A stretch of 64,000 bases of DNA, taken from the NCBI GenBank assembly GCA_040755995.1, contig JBFMAF010000035.1, forward strand, positions 32,001 to 96,000. Direction: 5' to 3'. This document shows positions 30,535-40,818 of the stretch, piece after piece. Below the pieces are notes generated by a model. It saw only the letters and a list, made by a program, of their open reading frames with translations. It was not told the DNA's origin and did no database searches. How positions within the stretch are numbered: the stretch's first letter is position 1; the number at the start of each line of letters is the position of its first letter. Both the position numbers and the translations under genes were made by a program. Source of the stretch: Acidobacteriota bacterium (GTDB taxonomy: Bacteria > Acidobacteriota > CAIWXX01).

Positions 30535-30576
30535 ATTCTGCATTTTGCCTTTTGCATTTTGCGTTTTTCAGTTTGC
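30535..30576. repeat. 7-bp tandem array (NTTTTGC-like x6)
   Basis: attctgc attttgc cttttgc attttgc gtttttc agtttgc upstream of gap. Confidence 0.8.
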
Positions 30577-30633
30577 CTTGTCTTCTCCCCTTTGCTATCC
30601 TCATCTTCTGCGAAAGAAACCAAGGAGGCATAG

Positions 30634-31632
<999 letters not shown>

Positions 31633-31654
31633 GTCTCGGAAGAGCGGAGGCAAC

Positions 31655-32839
31655 ATGAAACGCTCTATCAACGATGTCGATCTGCGCGGCCGCACAGTCT
31701 TCGTGCGTGTCGACTTCAACGTGCCGCTGGATGAGGCAGGAGGCGTCACCGACGATACGCGCATTCGCGCCTCGCTGCCGACGATCCGCCTGGCCGTCGA
31801 GAAGGGAGCCCGCGTGATGCTGGCGTCTCACCTGGGCCGCCCAAAGGGCAAGCGCAATCCCGCGATGAGCCTGGCGCCTGCGGCCCGGCGTCTGGCCGAG
31901 CTGCTCGGCGCGGGCGTCAAGATGGCTCCCGATTCGATCGGCCCCGAGGTGGCTCAGATGCGGGCGGCGCTCCGAGAAGGCGAAGTGCTGATGCTCGAGA
32001 ACGTTCGCTTCTACAAGCAGGAGGAGGAGAACGACGCCACGTTCGCGGCATCGCTGGCCGAGGGCGTCGATGTGTACGTCAACGATGCTTTCGGGTCGGC
32101 CCACCGCGCTCACGCTTCGACCGAGGGGATTGCCCGGCTGGTGAAGGTGGCCGTCTCGGGGCTGCTGATGGAGAAGGAGCTGGAGTATCTGGGTGGAGCT
32201 CTCGAGAGGCCGGTGAGGCCGTTCGCCGCGGTGCTCGGCGGTGCCAAGGTGTCCGACAAGATCGCCGTGATCGACAACCTGCTCGACAAGGTCGATCTGC
32301 TGCTGATCGGGGGCGCGATGGCATACACCTTCTTCAAGGCGAAGGGCTATGCCACGGGCAAGTCGCTCGTAGAGACCGACAAGGTGGACGTGGCCACGCG
32401 CGTGCTGAAGGAAGCAAGCGAGAAGAAGGTGCCGTTGTTGCTGCCCGTCGACCACGTCACGGCGCCGGAGAAGAAGGCGGGAGCGCCGACCAGGAGGAGT
32501 GAGGTTACAGAGATCGACGCGGACTGGATGGGGCTGGACATCGGCGAGCGGACCGTTGCTCAGTTTGCGGAGAAGCTGCACGCCGCCAAGACGATCGTGT
32601 GGAACGGCCCGATGGGCGTGTTCGAGATTGACGAGTTCGCAGCGGGGACGATCGGAGTGGCGAAGGCCGTGGCCGAATCCGGGGGCACGTCGATCGTGGG
32701 CGGCGGCGACTCGGTGGCCGCAGTCGAGAAGGCCGGTGTTGCCGGCAAGATCACGCACATCTCGACTGGCGGCGGCGCGAGCCTGGAGTTTCTCGCCGGC
32801 GAGAGGCTGCCGGGTGTGGAGGCTTTGAACGACAGATGA
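31655..32839 (+). CDS. pgk: Phosphoglycerate kinase
   Basis: RVDFNVP, SHLGRP, WNGPMGVFE, HISTGGGASLE. Confidence 0.98.
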   Translation: MKRSINDVDLRGRTVFVRVDFNVPLDEAGGVTDDTRIRASLPTIRLAVEKGARVMLASHLGRPKGKRNPAMSLAPAARRLAELLGAGVKMAPDSIGPEVAQMRAALREGEVLMLENVRFYKQEEENDATFAASLAEGVDVYVNDAFGSAHRAHASTEGIARLVKVAVSGLLMEKELEYLGGALERPVRPFAAVLGGAKVSDKIAVIDNLLDKVDLLLIGGAMAYTFFKAKGYATGKSLVETDKVDVATRVLKEASEKKVPLLLPVDHVTAPEKKAGAPTRRSEVTEIDADWMGLDIGERTVAQFAEKLHAAKTIVWNGPMGVFEIDEFAAGTIGVAKAVAESGGTSIVGGGDSVAAVEKAGVAGKITHISTGGGASLEFLAGERLPGVEALNDR

Positions 32840-33588
32840 GAACGCCGTTTGTAGCCGGGAACTGGAAGATGAACTGTACGCGCCGGGAGGCGGAGAGGCT
32901 CGCCGGTGAGCTCGTGAAGCAGATCGGGTCACTGGACGCAATCGATGTGGCGTTGTGCCCTCCGTATACGGCGATCGAAACCGTGAGGCGCGTGATCTCC
33001 GGCTCCCGGCTTCATCTCGGCGCCCAGGACCTGCATTGGGAGCGGAAGGGTGCATTCACGGGGGAGGTCTCTGCCGAGATGCTGCGGGACGCTGAATGCG
33101 AGCTCGTCATCATCGGGCATTCCGAGCGCCGGCAGTTTTTCGGCGAAACAGACGAGAGCGTCAATCGCAAGCTCAAGGCGGCCGCAGCAGCGGGGCTCGG
33201 CGCCATCATGTGCATCGGCGAGACACTGGCAGAGCGCGAGTCCGGGCGCACGCTGGAAGTGGTCGAGCGGCAGTTGAGGGACGGGCTCGACGGCGCGGGG
33301 CACGAGAGGTTGACAATCGCCTACGAGCCCGTGTGGGCGATCGGCACGGGAAAGGTGGCCACACCGGAGCAGGCTCAGGAGGTGCACGCGTTCATCCGCC
33401 GATGGCTGCGCGACAGATACGGCGAGGCTGCCGATCGGATGAGGATCCAGTACGGAGGCAGCGTCAAGCCGGATAACGTGGATGGGCTGATGGCCCAGCC
33501 GGACATCGATGGATCGCTGGTGGGTGGAGCGAGCTTGCAGCCGGAGAGCTTTTGCGGTATCGTACGAGGTTCTGTGAGGATGAAGTAG
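32836..33588 (+). CDS. tpiA: Triosephosphate isomerase
   Basis: GNWKMN, GHSERR, AYEPVWAIGTG, YGGSV. Confidence 0.98.
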   Translation: MRTPFVAGNWKMNCTRREAERLAGELVKQIGSLDAIDVALCPPYTAIETVRRVISGSRLHLGAQDLHWERKGAFTGEVSAEMLRDAECELVIIGHSERRQFFGETDESVNRKLKAAAAAGLGAIMCIGETLAERESGRTLEVVERQLRDGLDGAGHERLTIAYEPVWAIGTGKVATPEQAQEVHAFIRRWLRDRYGEAADRMRIQYGGSVKPDNVDGLMAQPDIDGSLVGGASLQPESFCGIVRGSVRMK

Positions 33589-33876
33589 ATGTTCATTACA
33601 CTCGTCTCGATCGTGCACGTCATCGTCTGTCTGATACTGATTCTGGTGGTATTGCTGCAGTCGGGCAAGGGCGCGGACCTAGCGAGCGCCTTCGGAGGCG
33701 GCAGCAGCCAGACGACGTTCGGACCGAGAGGCGCCGCCACCTTCCTGAGCAAGGCGACCACGATAGCAGCCATCGTGTTCATGATCACGTCCTTGACCAT
33801 GTACCTGTATCAGACCAAGCCGAGATCATCGGTCGTCCAGGACGTGCCCACCAGCCAGACACCAGCCAAGAAGTAG
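33589..33876 (+). CDS. secG: Preprotein translocase subunit SecG
   Basis: VLLQSGKGADLASAFGGG, two TM; follows tpiA. Confidence 0.95.
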   Translation: MFITLVSIVHVIVCLILILVVLLQSGKGADLASAFGGGSSQTTFGPRGAATFLSKATTIAAIVFMITSLTMYLYQTKPRSSVVQDVPTSQTPAKK

Positions 33877-33914
33877 GTTCAAGGTTCCCGGTTCAAGGTT
33901 CCCGGTTCGGTTCG
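33876..33914. repeat. 7-bp tandem array GGTTCNN, left arm around the four-helix-bundle gene
   Basis: ggttcaa ggttccc ggttcaa ggttccc ggttc ggttcg. Confidence 0.9.
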
Positions 33915-34307
33915 ATGGCCACCGTGAGGCGGTTCCAGGACCTTGAGGCGTGGCAGGTCGCCCGGCAACTGACCCGGGCCGTCTACTCGCACACGGGCGC
34001 AGGAGGCTTTGCCAGGGACTTTGGCATGCGGGATCAGGTTCAGCGGGCAGCTGTTTCTGTGATGTCGAACATAGCGGAAGGATTCGAGCGTGGAGGCAAC
34101 ATTGAGTTTGTCCAGTTCCTGTCGACCGCCAAAGGTTCTGCCGCGGAGGTCGAGTCACTGCTTTACGCAGCACTAGACCAAGGGTATCTTTCTGAAGGTG
34201 ATTTCGAGGCGCTTCACGCTCTCACCGTCTCCATCAGAAAACTGCTTCAGGGCTTGATCAACTACCTCAAGAAATCCCCTTACAGGGGCCCGAAGTACAA
34301 GCAGTAG
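33915..34307 (+). CDS. Four helix bundle protein (23S rRNA IVP / Avd-like family)
   Basis: RFQDLEAWQ, RDQVQRAAVSVMSNIAEGFER, AKGSAAEV, ALDQGY. Confidence 0.92.
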   Translation: MATVRRFQDLEAWQVARQLTRAVYSHTGAGGFARDFGMRDQVQRAAVSVMSNIAEGFERGGNIEFVQFLSTAKGSAAEVESLLYAALDQGYLSEGDFEALHALTVSIRKLLQGLINYLKKSPYRGPKYKQ

Positions 34308-34335
34308 GCCCTCAGGAAACAACTCAACCTCCGAC

Positions 34336-34370
34336 AAACCGCGAACCGGAAACCTGGAACCGAGAACCGG
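34336..34370. repeat. 7-bp tandem array RAACCNN, right arm (inverted relative to 33876-33914)
   Basis: aaaccgc gaaccgg aaacctg gaaccga gaaccgg. Confidence 0.85.
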
Positions 34371-34373
34371 CGT

Positions 34374-35276
34374 TTAGCGGATGTCCGGCGCGCTGTCCTC
34401 CGCCTCGTTGTGAGTGAAGCGGAGGGATTCGGCGAAAGGGGTCGACGGCATCAGATACAGCTCGTAGTGGTTCTGGTTCTTCTTGCTGTCGGAAGACGCG
34501 AACACGATCCAGTTCTGGCTCGGGCAGAAGCGCGGGAAGTACGGGAATTCCTTGACGTTCGTCATCCGCTGGTCCTTGCCTGTGACCCGATCGTACATGT
34601 AAATGTCCGTGCGACTCTTGTTCTCGCGGAAGTGGACATAGAGGAGCTTCGTGCCGTCCTTCGAGAACGAAGGCTGGCAACCGCGGCCAACAATCGTCAT
34701 CTCTCCGGTGGTCATGTCCATCAGAGTGACGTGCCAGCCCTCGGGGAGCTCACCCCCCGGCTTCGCGTACTGCGTGAAAGCCAGCGTGACGTTATCCACC
34801 GCGAGCTGTCCCCATTCACAGCGGACGCCGGCCGGGCCCACAGGGCCCGTGATCTCCCGGGTCGCCCGATCGAAGATGAACACACTGCTCCTGCTCTTCT
34901 TGACCGGGCCCGTGAACACGATCCTCTTGCCATCGCCCGAGTAGTGCGGGTAAGTGACCGGGCCGTCCGGGCTCGATATGAGCTGCTCCTGCAGCGTCCC
35001 GTCCGAGTTCATGATCCAGATGCACTCCTCCCCGCCACGATCCGATGTGAACACAAGGCGCTTGCCGTCAAGCGAGAAGGACGGGTACATGTCGTCAGCA
35101 GGATTGTTGCTGATGTTCGTCAGGACCTTGTTCTCATCGCGCAGGTAGATCTCGAAATTGCCCGTCCGGTTGCTCTGAAAAACAACGGGCCCCTTGTACC
35201 ACTCGGGCGCCTCCTCGGCGGCGAGGAGCCCCGCCATGAGAATCGCGCAAATCGGAACAAGCCAACGATGCATCAT
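34374..35276 (-). CDS. Periplasmic TolB-like (PD40) beta-propeller protein
   Basis: Signal peptide; repeats PSFSLDGKRLVFTSDR, PHYSGDGKRIVF, PSFSKDGTKLLY. Confidence 0.85.
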   Translation of the reverse strand: MMHRWLVPICAILMAGLLAAEEAPEWYKGPVVFQSNRTGNFEIYLRDENKVLTNISNNPADDMYPSFSLDGKRLVFTSDRGGEECIWIMNSDGTLQEQLISSPDGPVTYPHYSGDGKRIVFTGPVKKSRSSVFIFDRATREITGPVGPAGVRCEWGQLAVDNVTLAFTQYAKPGGELPEGWHVTLMDMTTGEMTIVGRGCQPSFSKDGTKLLYVHFRENKSRTDIYMYDRVTGKDQRMTNVKEFPYFPRFCPSQNWIVFASSDSKKNQNHYELYLMPSTPFAESLRFTHNEAEDSAPDIR

Positions 35277-35350
35277 CAGCCCAAGCGGGGATTATACTCA
35301 CAGGGTGGGCGCAAGGCCAGCAAGCGGGGGAGTCGGAGGTGGACGCCGGC

Positions 35351-36349
35351 TCAGGACCCGTCGGCCAGCGCGCTCACCACACCGCACAGTCCGGAGCTGA
35401 CGCGCGCTAGCGCTGCGTAGTCGACCTTGTCCGGCGTATCCGTGGGCATGTGGTAGTGAGGATAGCGATAGGGTGCTGTGTCTGTGGCCATGAACGCCGG
35501 ATAACCCTCGTGCCAGAAAGCCCCATGGTCGCTCCAGTCGATCCCCGGAATCCCCGACCACGTCGCGCAGCACTGGACGGGGAAGTCGGAGTGACCTCGG
35601 AACGCTGCCACCGCGCCATGCATGATGCTGCGAGAGCCGAAGTTGGAGACAAAACCGATGAAATTGCCGCGATCGGGATAGAACCAGTTCAGCGGAGCGG
35701 GATATTGCTGGCTTCCGGGATTGTCCGTGTAGTATCCGATGGTCTCGAGAGAGATCATCACCCGTATCTTGTCGCCTCTCGCCCGCGCCATCTTCGCATA
35801 CACGCGGCTCCCCATCTGACCCGTCCGGAAAAACGGCGGTTCCTCGTCGACGAAGGCGACGAACCTGACGGCGGCCACAGGTGCGTTTTTCGCGAAGTAG
35901 CGCGATATCTCGAGCATCGCAGCCACGCCGCTGGCGTTGTCGTTTGCCCCCGGAGTGGCTTCGGCAGATTCGTAGTGAGCCCCCACGAGTACCATTGGCA
36001 TTGAGGCCTGCCGGCCGCCCCGCGTCACCTCGACGTTCGTGCACTCGACGCCCCGCACTTTGTAGGTCTGTCTTGCAACCCGGTAGCCCTGCGCCACCCA
36101 GTTCTGCTCGATATACTCCCGTGCACGCTCCATCGCATCCGAGTGCGTAACGTTCCGCTCTCCGATCTCTCCGGCCAGCACCTGAACGTGCGCCCTGACG
36201 GACTCAGGCGAAATCGCCGGCGCCTTCACCAGAGGCCGGAATGGGCAGAAACATCGAGTCATGTACAGAGCGACAGCCGTTGCGACGACGAAGACCAGCA
36301 AGAGCCCTGTTGCGATCCAGATCAGCGGACGAACACCCGCTCGCTCCAC
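35351..36349 (-). CDS. Peptidase M28 family protein
   Basis: GAHYES, PGANDNASG, DEEPP, SDHGAF, YHMPTD; N-terminal TM; start inferred. Confidence 0.88.
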   Translation of the reverse strand: MERAGVRPLIWIATGLLLVFVVATAVALYMTRCFCPFRPLVKAPAISPESVRAHVQVLAGEIGERNVTHSDAMERAREYIEQNWVAQGYRVARQTYKVRGVECTNVEVTRGGRQASMPMVLVGAHYESAEATPGANDNASGVAAMLEISRYFAKNAPVAAVRFVAFVDEEPPFFRTGQMGSRVYAKMARARGDKIRVMISLETIGYYTDNPGSQQYPAPLNWFYPDRGNFIGFVSNFGSRSIMHGAVAAFRGHSDFPVQCCATWSGIPGIDWSDHGAFWHEGYPAFMATDTAPYRYPHYHMPTDTPDKVDYAALARVSSGLCGVVSALADGS

Positions 36350-36428
36350 GACTGAATCATAGCACATGTGCCTTGTCCGTCATCATGATCCACGCTCAGG
36401 GATGCGCCCTGGATGCCGCCGGGTTCGG

Positions 36429-36463
36429 GAACCATGAACCGGGAACCGGGAACCATGGACCGC
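36429..36463. repeat. Orphan 7-bp array GAACCNN x5
   Basis: gaaccat gaaccgg gaaccgg gaaccat ggaccgc; same family as 34336-34370. Confidence 0.85.
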
Positions 36464-36469
36464 GACGCC

Positions 36470-36498
36470 TTGACTTGCCCGGCAGCGTCGCTGATAAT
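36470..36498 (+). promoter_or_regulatory. Putative sigma-70 promoter, probably for a leaderless transcript
   Basis: TTGACT-17 bp-GATAAT; GTG/ATG starts 6-9 nt downstream with no SD. Confidence 0.55.
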
Positions 36499-36503
36499 AC
36501 CGC

Positions 36504-36893
36504 GTGATGAAGGAGACTGAGCAGGCGAAGTCGTTTCCGCTGGTGCCGTGTGCGCTGGCCTATCTCGTGCCGGGCTGCGGGCACCTGTACCTTGGGAAGA
36601 GGTATCGCGGGCTGATCTTTCTCGTGGCGATCCCGCTGATGTTCGTGATCGGGCTCTACATGGGCGGCAAGCTGTACGAAGCGGACCCGGTGCATCCGCT
36701 CACCTATCTGGCTGTTTTCGCCAACCTCGGCAACGGGCTGCTCTACTTCACCACGAAGCTGCTCGGTATTGGCGCGGGTCGCATTCTGGACGTGACTTTC
36801 GAGCACGGGTGCACGTTCATCCTGGTATCGGGTCTGCTGAACTTTCTGGTCATTCTGGACGCCTACGACATCGCTATCGGGAAGAAGTCGTGA
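36504..36893 (+). CDS. Membrane protein (DUF6677-like)
   Basis: LAYLVPGCGHLYLG..RG and SGLLNFLVILDAYD motifs. Confidence 0.75.
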   Translation: MMKETEQAKSFPLVPCALAYLVPGCGHLYLGKRYRGLIFLVAIPLMFVIGLYMGGKLYEADPVHPLTYLAVFANLGNGLLYFTTKLLGIGAGRILDVTFEHGCTFILVSGLLNFLVILDAYDIAIGKKS

Positions 36894-37063
36894 ACAGCTA
36901 CCTTCTGATCCTCTTCGTCTTCTCGGTTCTGGTGACCGCAGTCCTGACACCGCTCCAGAAGGAAGGCAAGCGCGAACAGATCGTGTACGCCATCAAGCTG
37001 TTCTGCGGCCTGTTCTTCGGAGCTATTCTGGCCGGCTGGCTCATGTATCCGTTTCCGTTCTGA
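36890..37063 (+). CDS. Small two-TM membrane protein
   Basis: GTGA overlap with the upstream gene; two hydrophobic helices ending GWLMYPFPF. Confidence 0.7.
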   Translation: MNSYLLILFVFSVLVTAVLTPLQKEGKREQIVYAIKLFCGLFFGAILAGWLMYPFPF

Positions 37064-37192
37064 GCCCTGTACGGCTCGGATGCGGTGAAACGTCTGGCGA
37101 GAGTCGTGTGATCCGGCCGAGCGGGGAGCCGCGGATCGAACCTTCAAGCTGGGGTCGCATTCGGTGTGCTTATGCTTGATCAGGGCGGGTCC

Positions 37193-38476
37193 ATGGGCGT
37201 TTCCAGACTGTCCAGGGCGCGGGTCCTCATCAGTCGCTGGGGACCCGCGGCGACGTGGATGATTGTGATCTTCGCTCTCTCGGCCCAGCCGGGGAGCAGC
37301 CTGGAGCCGCCATTCCCCGACTATGCCCTCCATTTCTCTGCCTACGCCGTGCTTGGGGCGCTTGTCTACTGGGCCTGCCAGGACTCACGACGGGCTCTGG
37401 TCATAGCTGCCGTGGTGGGATCGCTTTACGGCGCGACCGACGAGATCCATCAGGCGCTGGTGCCCGGTCGCGATCCCTCCACCGTAGACTGGGCGGCGGA
37501 CACCTTGGGCGCGATCAGCGCGCCCGTTCTGCTCGCGCGGCTCCGCGACCGCATGGACCGCCGCCGCGTGATCCTGGCAGTGCTTGCCGGGCTGATCTTC
37601 TTCTCAGTCCCCGCGATCGCGCTTCTCCGAGACCGCTTCCCAGCGGGGACAAGTTTGTTCATACGCATCCTCATGGCTGCCTGCCCGATTCTGCTTGTAT
37701 TCCACTTGCGGCATCGCCGTCTGGGCTACCGGCGGATCGGCATCGTACTCGGACTGATTGCTGCGACCCTTCTCGTGATGTACGGCTATGGCTTGACATT
37801 CCAGGAGATGCTCCATCTCTACGAGTACGGGGCGCTGGCGTATCTCTATCTGGCACTTGCGCCAGCCGGCCAGTCACCCACCATCTGCGCCGCCCTCGCC
37901 TTCTCAGCCGGCGTTGCGCTCTGCGACGAGTCCCTCCAGTGGCTCTGGCCGGATCGCATCGGCGAGATCAAGGATGTGGTCGGGGACGTGCTATTCGCAG
38001 CGGCCGGGGCGATGCTGCTTGCCCGCGGCGTCGCATCCTCCCCGCGACCGCACTGGTGGTCCTTGCGCGCGGCGCTCATGATCATCGCGATGGCCGTTGC
38101 GTCGGTGCCGTTCGTCTGGCAGGTCCACTCCGGCTACCTCGTGTCGGTTGGCGGTGTGAGTTTCTTGAGCGCGGGCAAGGGGGGCTTGTGGCCGCCCGCC
38201 AGCGTCGTTCGCAAGGAGGCCCTTGCACATGTCCAGCTCCGTAATGAGCTGTACAGCGCAGGGAGGCTCGCCGAAGCGTCGGCGGAAAATCTCATCTTGA
38301 GCCGCTGCTACTCGACGTACATGGCTGGGCATAGGTACTCCAAGGCGCAGCTCGCCACTCTGCCGGCTCCTCTCAGCCCATACAGCAGCCGCGTGCCTCG
38401 AATCCTCTGGCTCACTCGCGGGACGGCGTCTCCTGCCTCTTCGCCTGCTCCCAGAGCATCTCCATCTTCTCGTTGA
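37193..38476 (+). CDS. Tandem VanZ-domain membrane protein
   Basis: Two VanZ motif sets: LHFSAY..YGATDEIHQ..PGR..DWAAD and LHLYEY..DESLQ..PDR..D; 3' end overlaps mazG. Confidence 0.8.
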   Translation: MGVSRLSRARVLISRWGPAATWMIVIFALSAQPGSSLEPPFPDYALHFSAYAVLGALVYWACQDSRRALVIAAVVGSLYGATDEIHQALVPGRDPSTVDWAADTLGAISAPVLLARLRDRMDRRRVILAVLAGLIFFSVPAIALLRDRFPAGTSLFIRILMAACPILLVFHLRHRRLGYRRIGIVLGLIAATLLVMYGYGLTFQEMLHLYEYGALAYLYLALAPAGQSPTICAALAFSAGVALCDESLQWLWPDRIGEIKDVVGDVLFAAAGAMLLARGVASSPRPHWWSLRAALMIIAMAVASVPFVWQVHSGYLVSVGGVSFLSAGKGGLWPPASVVRKEALAHVQLRNELYSAGRLAEASAENLILSRCYSTYMAGHRYSKAQLATLPAPLSPYSSRVPRILWLTRGTASPASSPAPRASPSSR

Positions 38477-39215
38477 TCGCCCGGCTCGGCTTCTCTCCCT
38501 CTTCCCTCAGTTTCCCCTCGATCCACTGGAACCGCCGCACGAACTTCAGGTTGGCCTGGCGTAAGGCGTCCTCGGGATCGACACCGGCGAGCCGTGCCAG
38601 GTTGGCTGAGGCGAACAGCAGGTCGCCTATCTCCTCCTGCACGCGCCCCCGGGGCTCAGCCAGCTCCCGCTCCAGCTCCCCAAGCTCCTCCCGCACCTTC
38701 TGGACCACAGCCGCAGCCGTTGGCCAGTCGAATCCGACTCGACTGGCCTTGCTCGATATCAGGTTGCTGTGCAGCAGCGCCGGCAGGCTCCGCTGCACAT
38801 CGTTGAAAATCGACTCAGACTGCTTCTCACGGGCCTTTATCGATTCCCACTGCACCAGAACCTCCTCGCTCGTGCGCGCGTTCGACTCCCCGAAGATGTG
38901 CGGGTGCCGGCGCTTCATCTTGGTGGTGATCTCGTCGAGCACATCGTCGATCGTGAAGTGCCCGTCTTCCTTCATTATTCGGGTGATGAAGATCACCTGG
39001 AAGAGCAGATCCCCCATCTCCTCGCGCAGCTTCGAGGCGTCGCGCGAATCGATCGTCTCCATCACCTCGTAAACCTCTTCGAGGATGTAGGTCTTGAGGT
39101 TTTCCAGCTTCTGTTCTCTGTCCCAGGGGCAGCCGCCTTCGCCGCGAAGCCTGTCCATGATCCCGACGAGATCGCTGAACCGTTCGCCCGTCGTCCGCTT
39201 CCGTTCATCGCTCAT
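38412..39215 (-). CDS. mazG: Nucleoside triphosphate pyrophosphohydrolase MazG
   Basis: GCPWDREQ, EEVYE, EEMGDLLFQ, RRHPHIF, GFDW, EEIGDLLF. Confidence 0.95.
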   Translation of the reverse strand: MSDERKRTTGERFSDLVGIMDRLRGEGGCPWDREQKLENLKTYILEEVYEVMETIDSRDASKLREEMGDLLFQVIFITRIMKEDGHFTIDDVLDEITTKMKRRHPHIFGESNARTSEEVLVQWESIKAREKQSESIFNDVQRSLPALLHSNLISSKASRVGFDWPTAAAVVQKVREELGELERELAEPRGRVQEEIGDLLFASANLARLAGVDPEDALRQANLKFVRRFQWIEGKLREEGEKPSRAINEKMEMLWEQAKRQETPSRE

Positions 39216-39306
39216 TCCATCACGCTCCGCCTTACTTATACCACACACTTGCGCGCCCGAGCGGCGCTCGCGCCTCTGCTATAATCGACATCTTGGAGGG
39301 CGCGCG

Positions 39307-40017
39307 ATGAGGGAGGAGAACAGGGTCGCTGTCGTGACGGGCGCGTCGCGGGGCATCGGACGGGCGATCGCCACGACGTTTTCCCGCGGCGGATTGAAGG
39401 TCGTTCTCGCGGCTCGAGATGAAGCGGCGATCACTTCTCTGGCCGAGCAGTTCTGGCGCCATGGACGCGTGGCCCTCAGTGTTCCGACGGACGTGAGGAA
39501 GCGAAGCGACTGCGAGCGGCTGATTACTACGACTGTAGAAAGGATGGGGCGGCTCGACGTTCTGGTGAACAACGCAGGGATCGGCGCGTTCGCGCCGGTG
39601 GCCGCGCTGGAGGAGGACCAGCTCCGGAACGTCATCGAAACTAATCTCTACTCGCTGTTCTTTCTGTGCAGGGCCGCCGTGCTCCAGATGCGATCCCAGC
39701 CCGAAGGCGGCCATATCGTCAACATCGGCTCGCTCGCATCGAAGAACACGTTCGCAGGCGGAGCCGCATACTGCGCGAGCAAGTTCGGACTGCTCGCGAT
39801 GAGCGAGTGTCTGATGCTGGAGGAGCGCTACAACAACGTGCGGGTCACGGCGGTCTTGCCCGGGTCAGTCAACACATCGTTCGCCGGCGAGGCGGATGCG
39901 TCCTGGAAGGTGCCGGCCGACGACGTGGCACAGGCAGTCTGGGACGTAGTGAGCTCCAATCATGCGAGCCTGACGAGCCTGGTGGAGATCCGGCCGCTCA
40001 GGCCGCCGCGCAAGTAG
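39307..40017 (+). CDS. SDR family oxidoreductase
   Basis: TGASRGIG, NNAG, YCASK; extended -10 TGCTATAAT at 39277-39285 and SD GGAGG. Confidence 0.92.
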   Translation: MREENRVAVVTGASRGIGRAIATTFSRGGLKVVLAARDEAAITSLAEQFWRHGRVALSVPTDVRKRSDCERLITTTVERMGRLDVLVNNAGIGAFAPVAALEEDQLRNVIETNLYSLFFLCRAAVLQMRSQPEGGHIVNIGSLASKNTFAGGAAYCASKFGLLAMSECLMLEERYNNVRVTAVLPGSVNTSFAGEADASWKVPADDVAQAVWDVVSSNHASLTSLVEIRPLRPPRK

Positions 40018-40154
40018 CCGGTCCTCGTACCCGTACGAGCTCGCGTACGCGACGCGGCGCGCGGGGCACGGAGAAGCGGCCGCCCGGGATTCTTCATTGC
40101 CTCTCCGCGCCTCCGCGTCCGGTGCCAAAGGGACGGCTGTGCCCGGCTTGCCGC

Positions 40155-40709
40155 TCAGAGGCTGCCCTGAGGCGCTTCTGGCGGAGCAGGCGGCTCAGGC
40201 AGCTCCGGCGGCGCCTCCTGGCGCATGAAGCCTGGTCCGCGCGGGCGTTCGGCTCCGCCCCACCCGCCCGGACCCTGTCCGAATCCGGGCCCTCCTGATC
40301 TCATCGTCTCGCGCCGCGCCTGCAGCTTCTTCCACTGCTCCGGAGTCAAGACCTTGCGCGCGTCGACGATCGTGCCTACGAGAGCCTTGATCAGGCGCGT
40401 GCGCGCGGCGCCGAGCTGGTCGGTTTGAGCGGCGATCTTGGCCTCGTCGAGGCTGTCCGACCGCAAGGCCGCTTCGAGATCAAGGCGTTTCTTCTCGAGG
40501 TCGGCCTTGAGGTCGATCGTCGACTTTCTCGATTCGAGGAAGATTTTCTCCAGCTGCGCGATCTGCTGATCTTGCAGTCCGATCTCCTTGCCCACCCTCT
40601 CGACCTGCCACCACTGGCCCGGCGGGAACCCGCCGAACGGCATCCCGTCCTCCGCGGAGCCCATGGACACCGCTCCCAGCAACAATGCCATCACAACTGC
40701 TGCGATCAT
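40155..40709 (-). CDS. Spy/CpxP/ZraP-like periplasmic helical protein
   Basis: Signal peptide; IGLQDQQ and VLTPEQW LTxxQ motifs; SD GGGAGG. Confidence 0.85.
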   Translation of the reverse strand: MIAAVVMALLLGAVSMGSAEDGMPFGGFPPGQWWQVERVGKEIGLQDQQIAQLEKIFLESRKSTIDLKADLEKKRLDLEAALRSDSLDEAKIAAQTDQLGAARTRLIKALVGTIVDARKVLTPEQWKKLQARRETMRSGGPGFGQGPGGWGGAERPRGPGFMRQEAPPELPEPPAPPEAPQGSL

Positions 40710-40818
40710 GCTGTCCTCCCTTCTCACATCCATTTGTGAGTCGCAATCGGCGCGGATGGTTTAACGTCACGCCGGCGAGGCGGCAGGAGGTGCGGTTCGC
40801 TGCGGTGCTACATCTGCC

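Noticed and set aside
33877..34373. tRNA-Leu often found after secG; DGR suggested by the Avd-like gene
   Set aside because: No cloverleaf or T-loop/CCA pattern seen; no reverse transcriptase or TR/VR pair in the window
40740..40818. Island boundary as an att site or mobile element end
   Set aside because: No integrase, transposase, tRNA or direct repeat found; the boundary is inferred only from gene content
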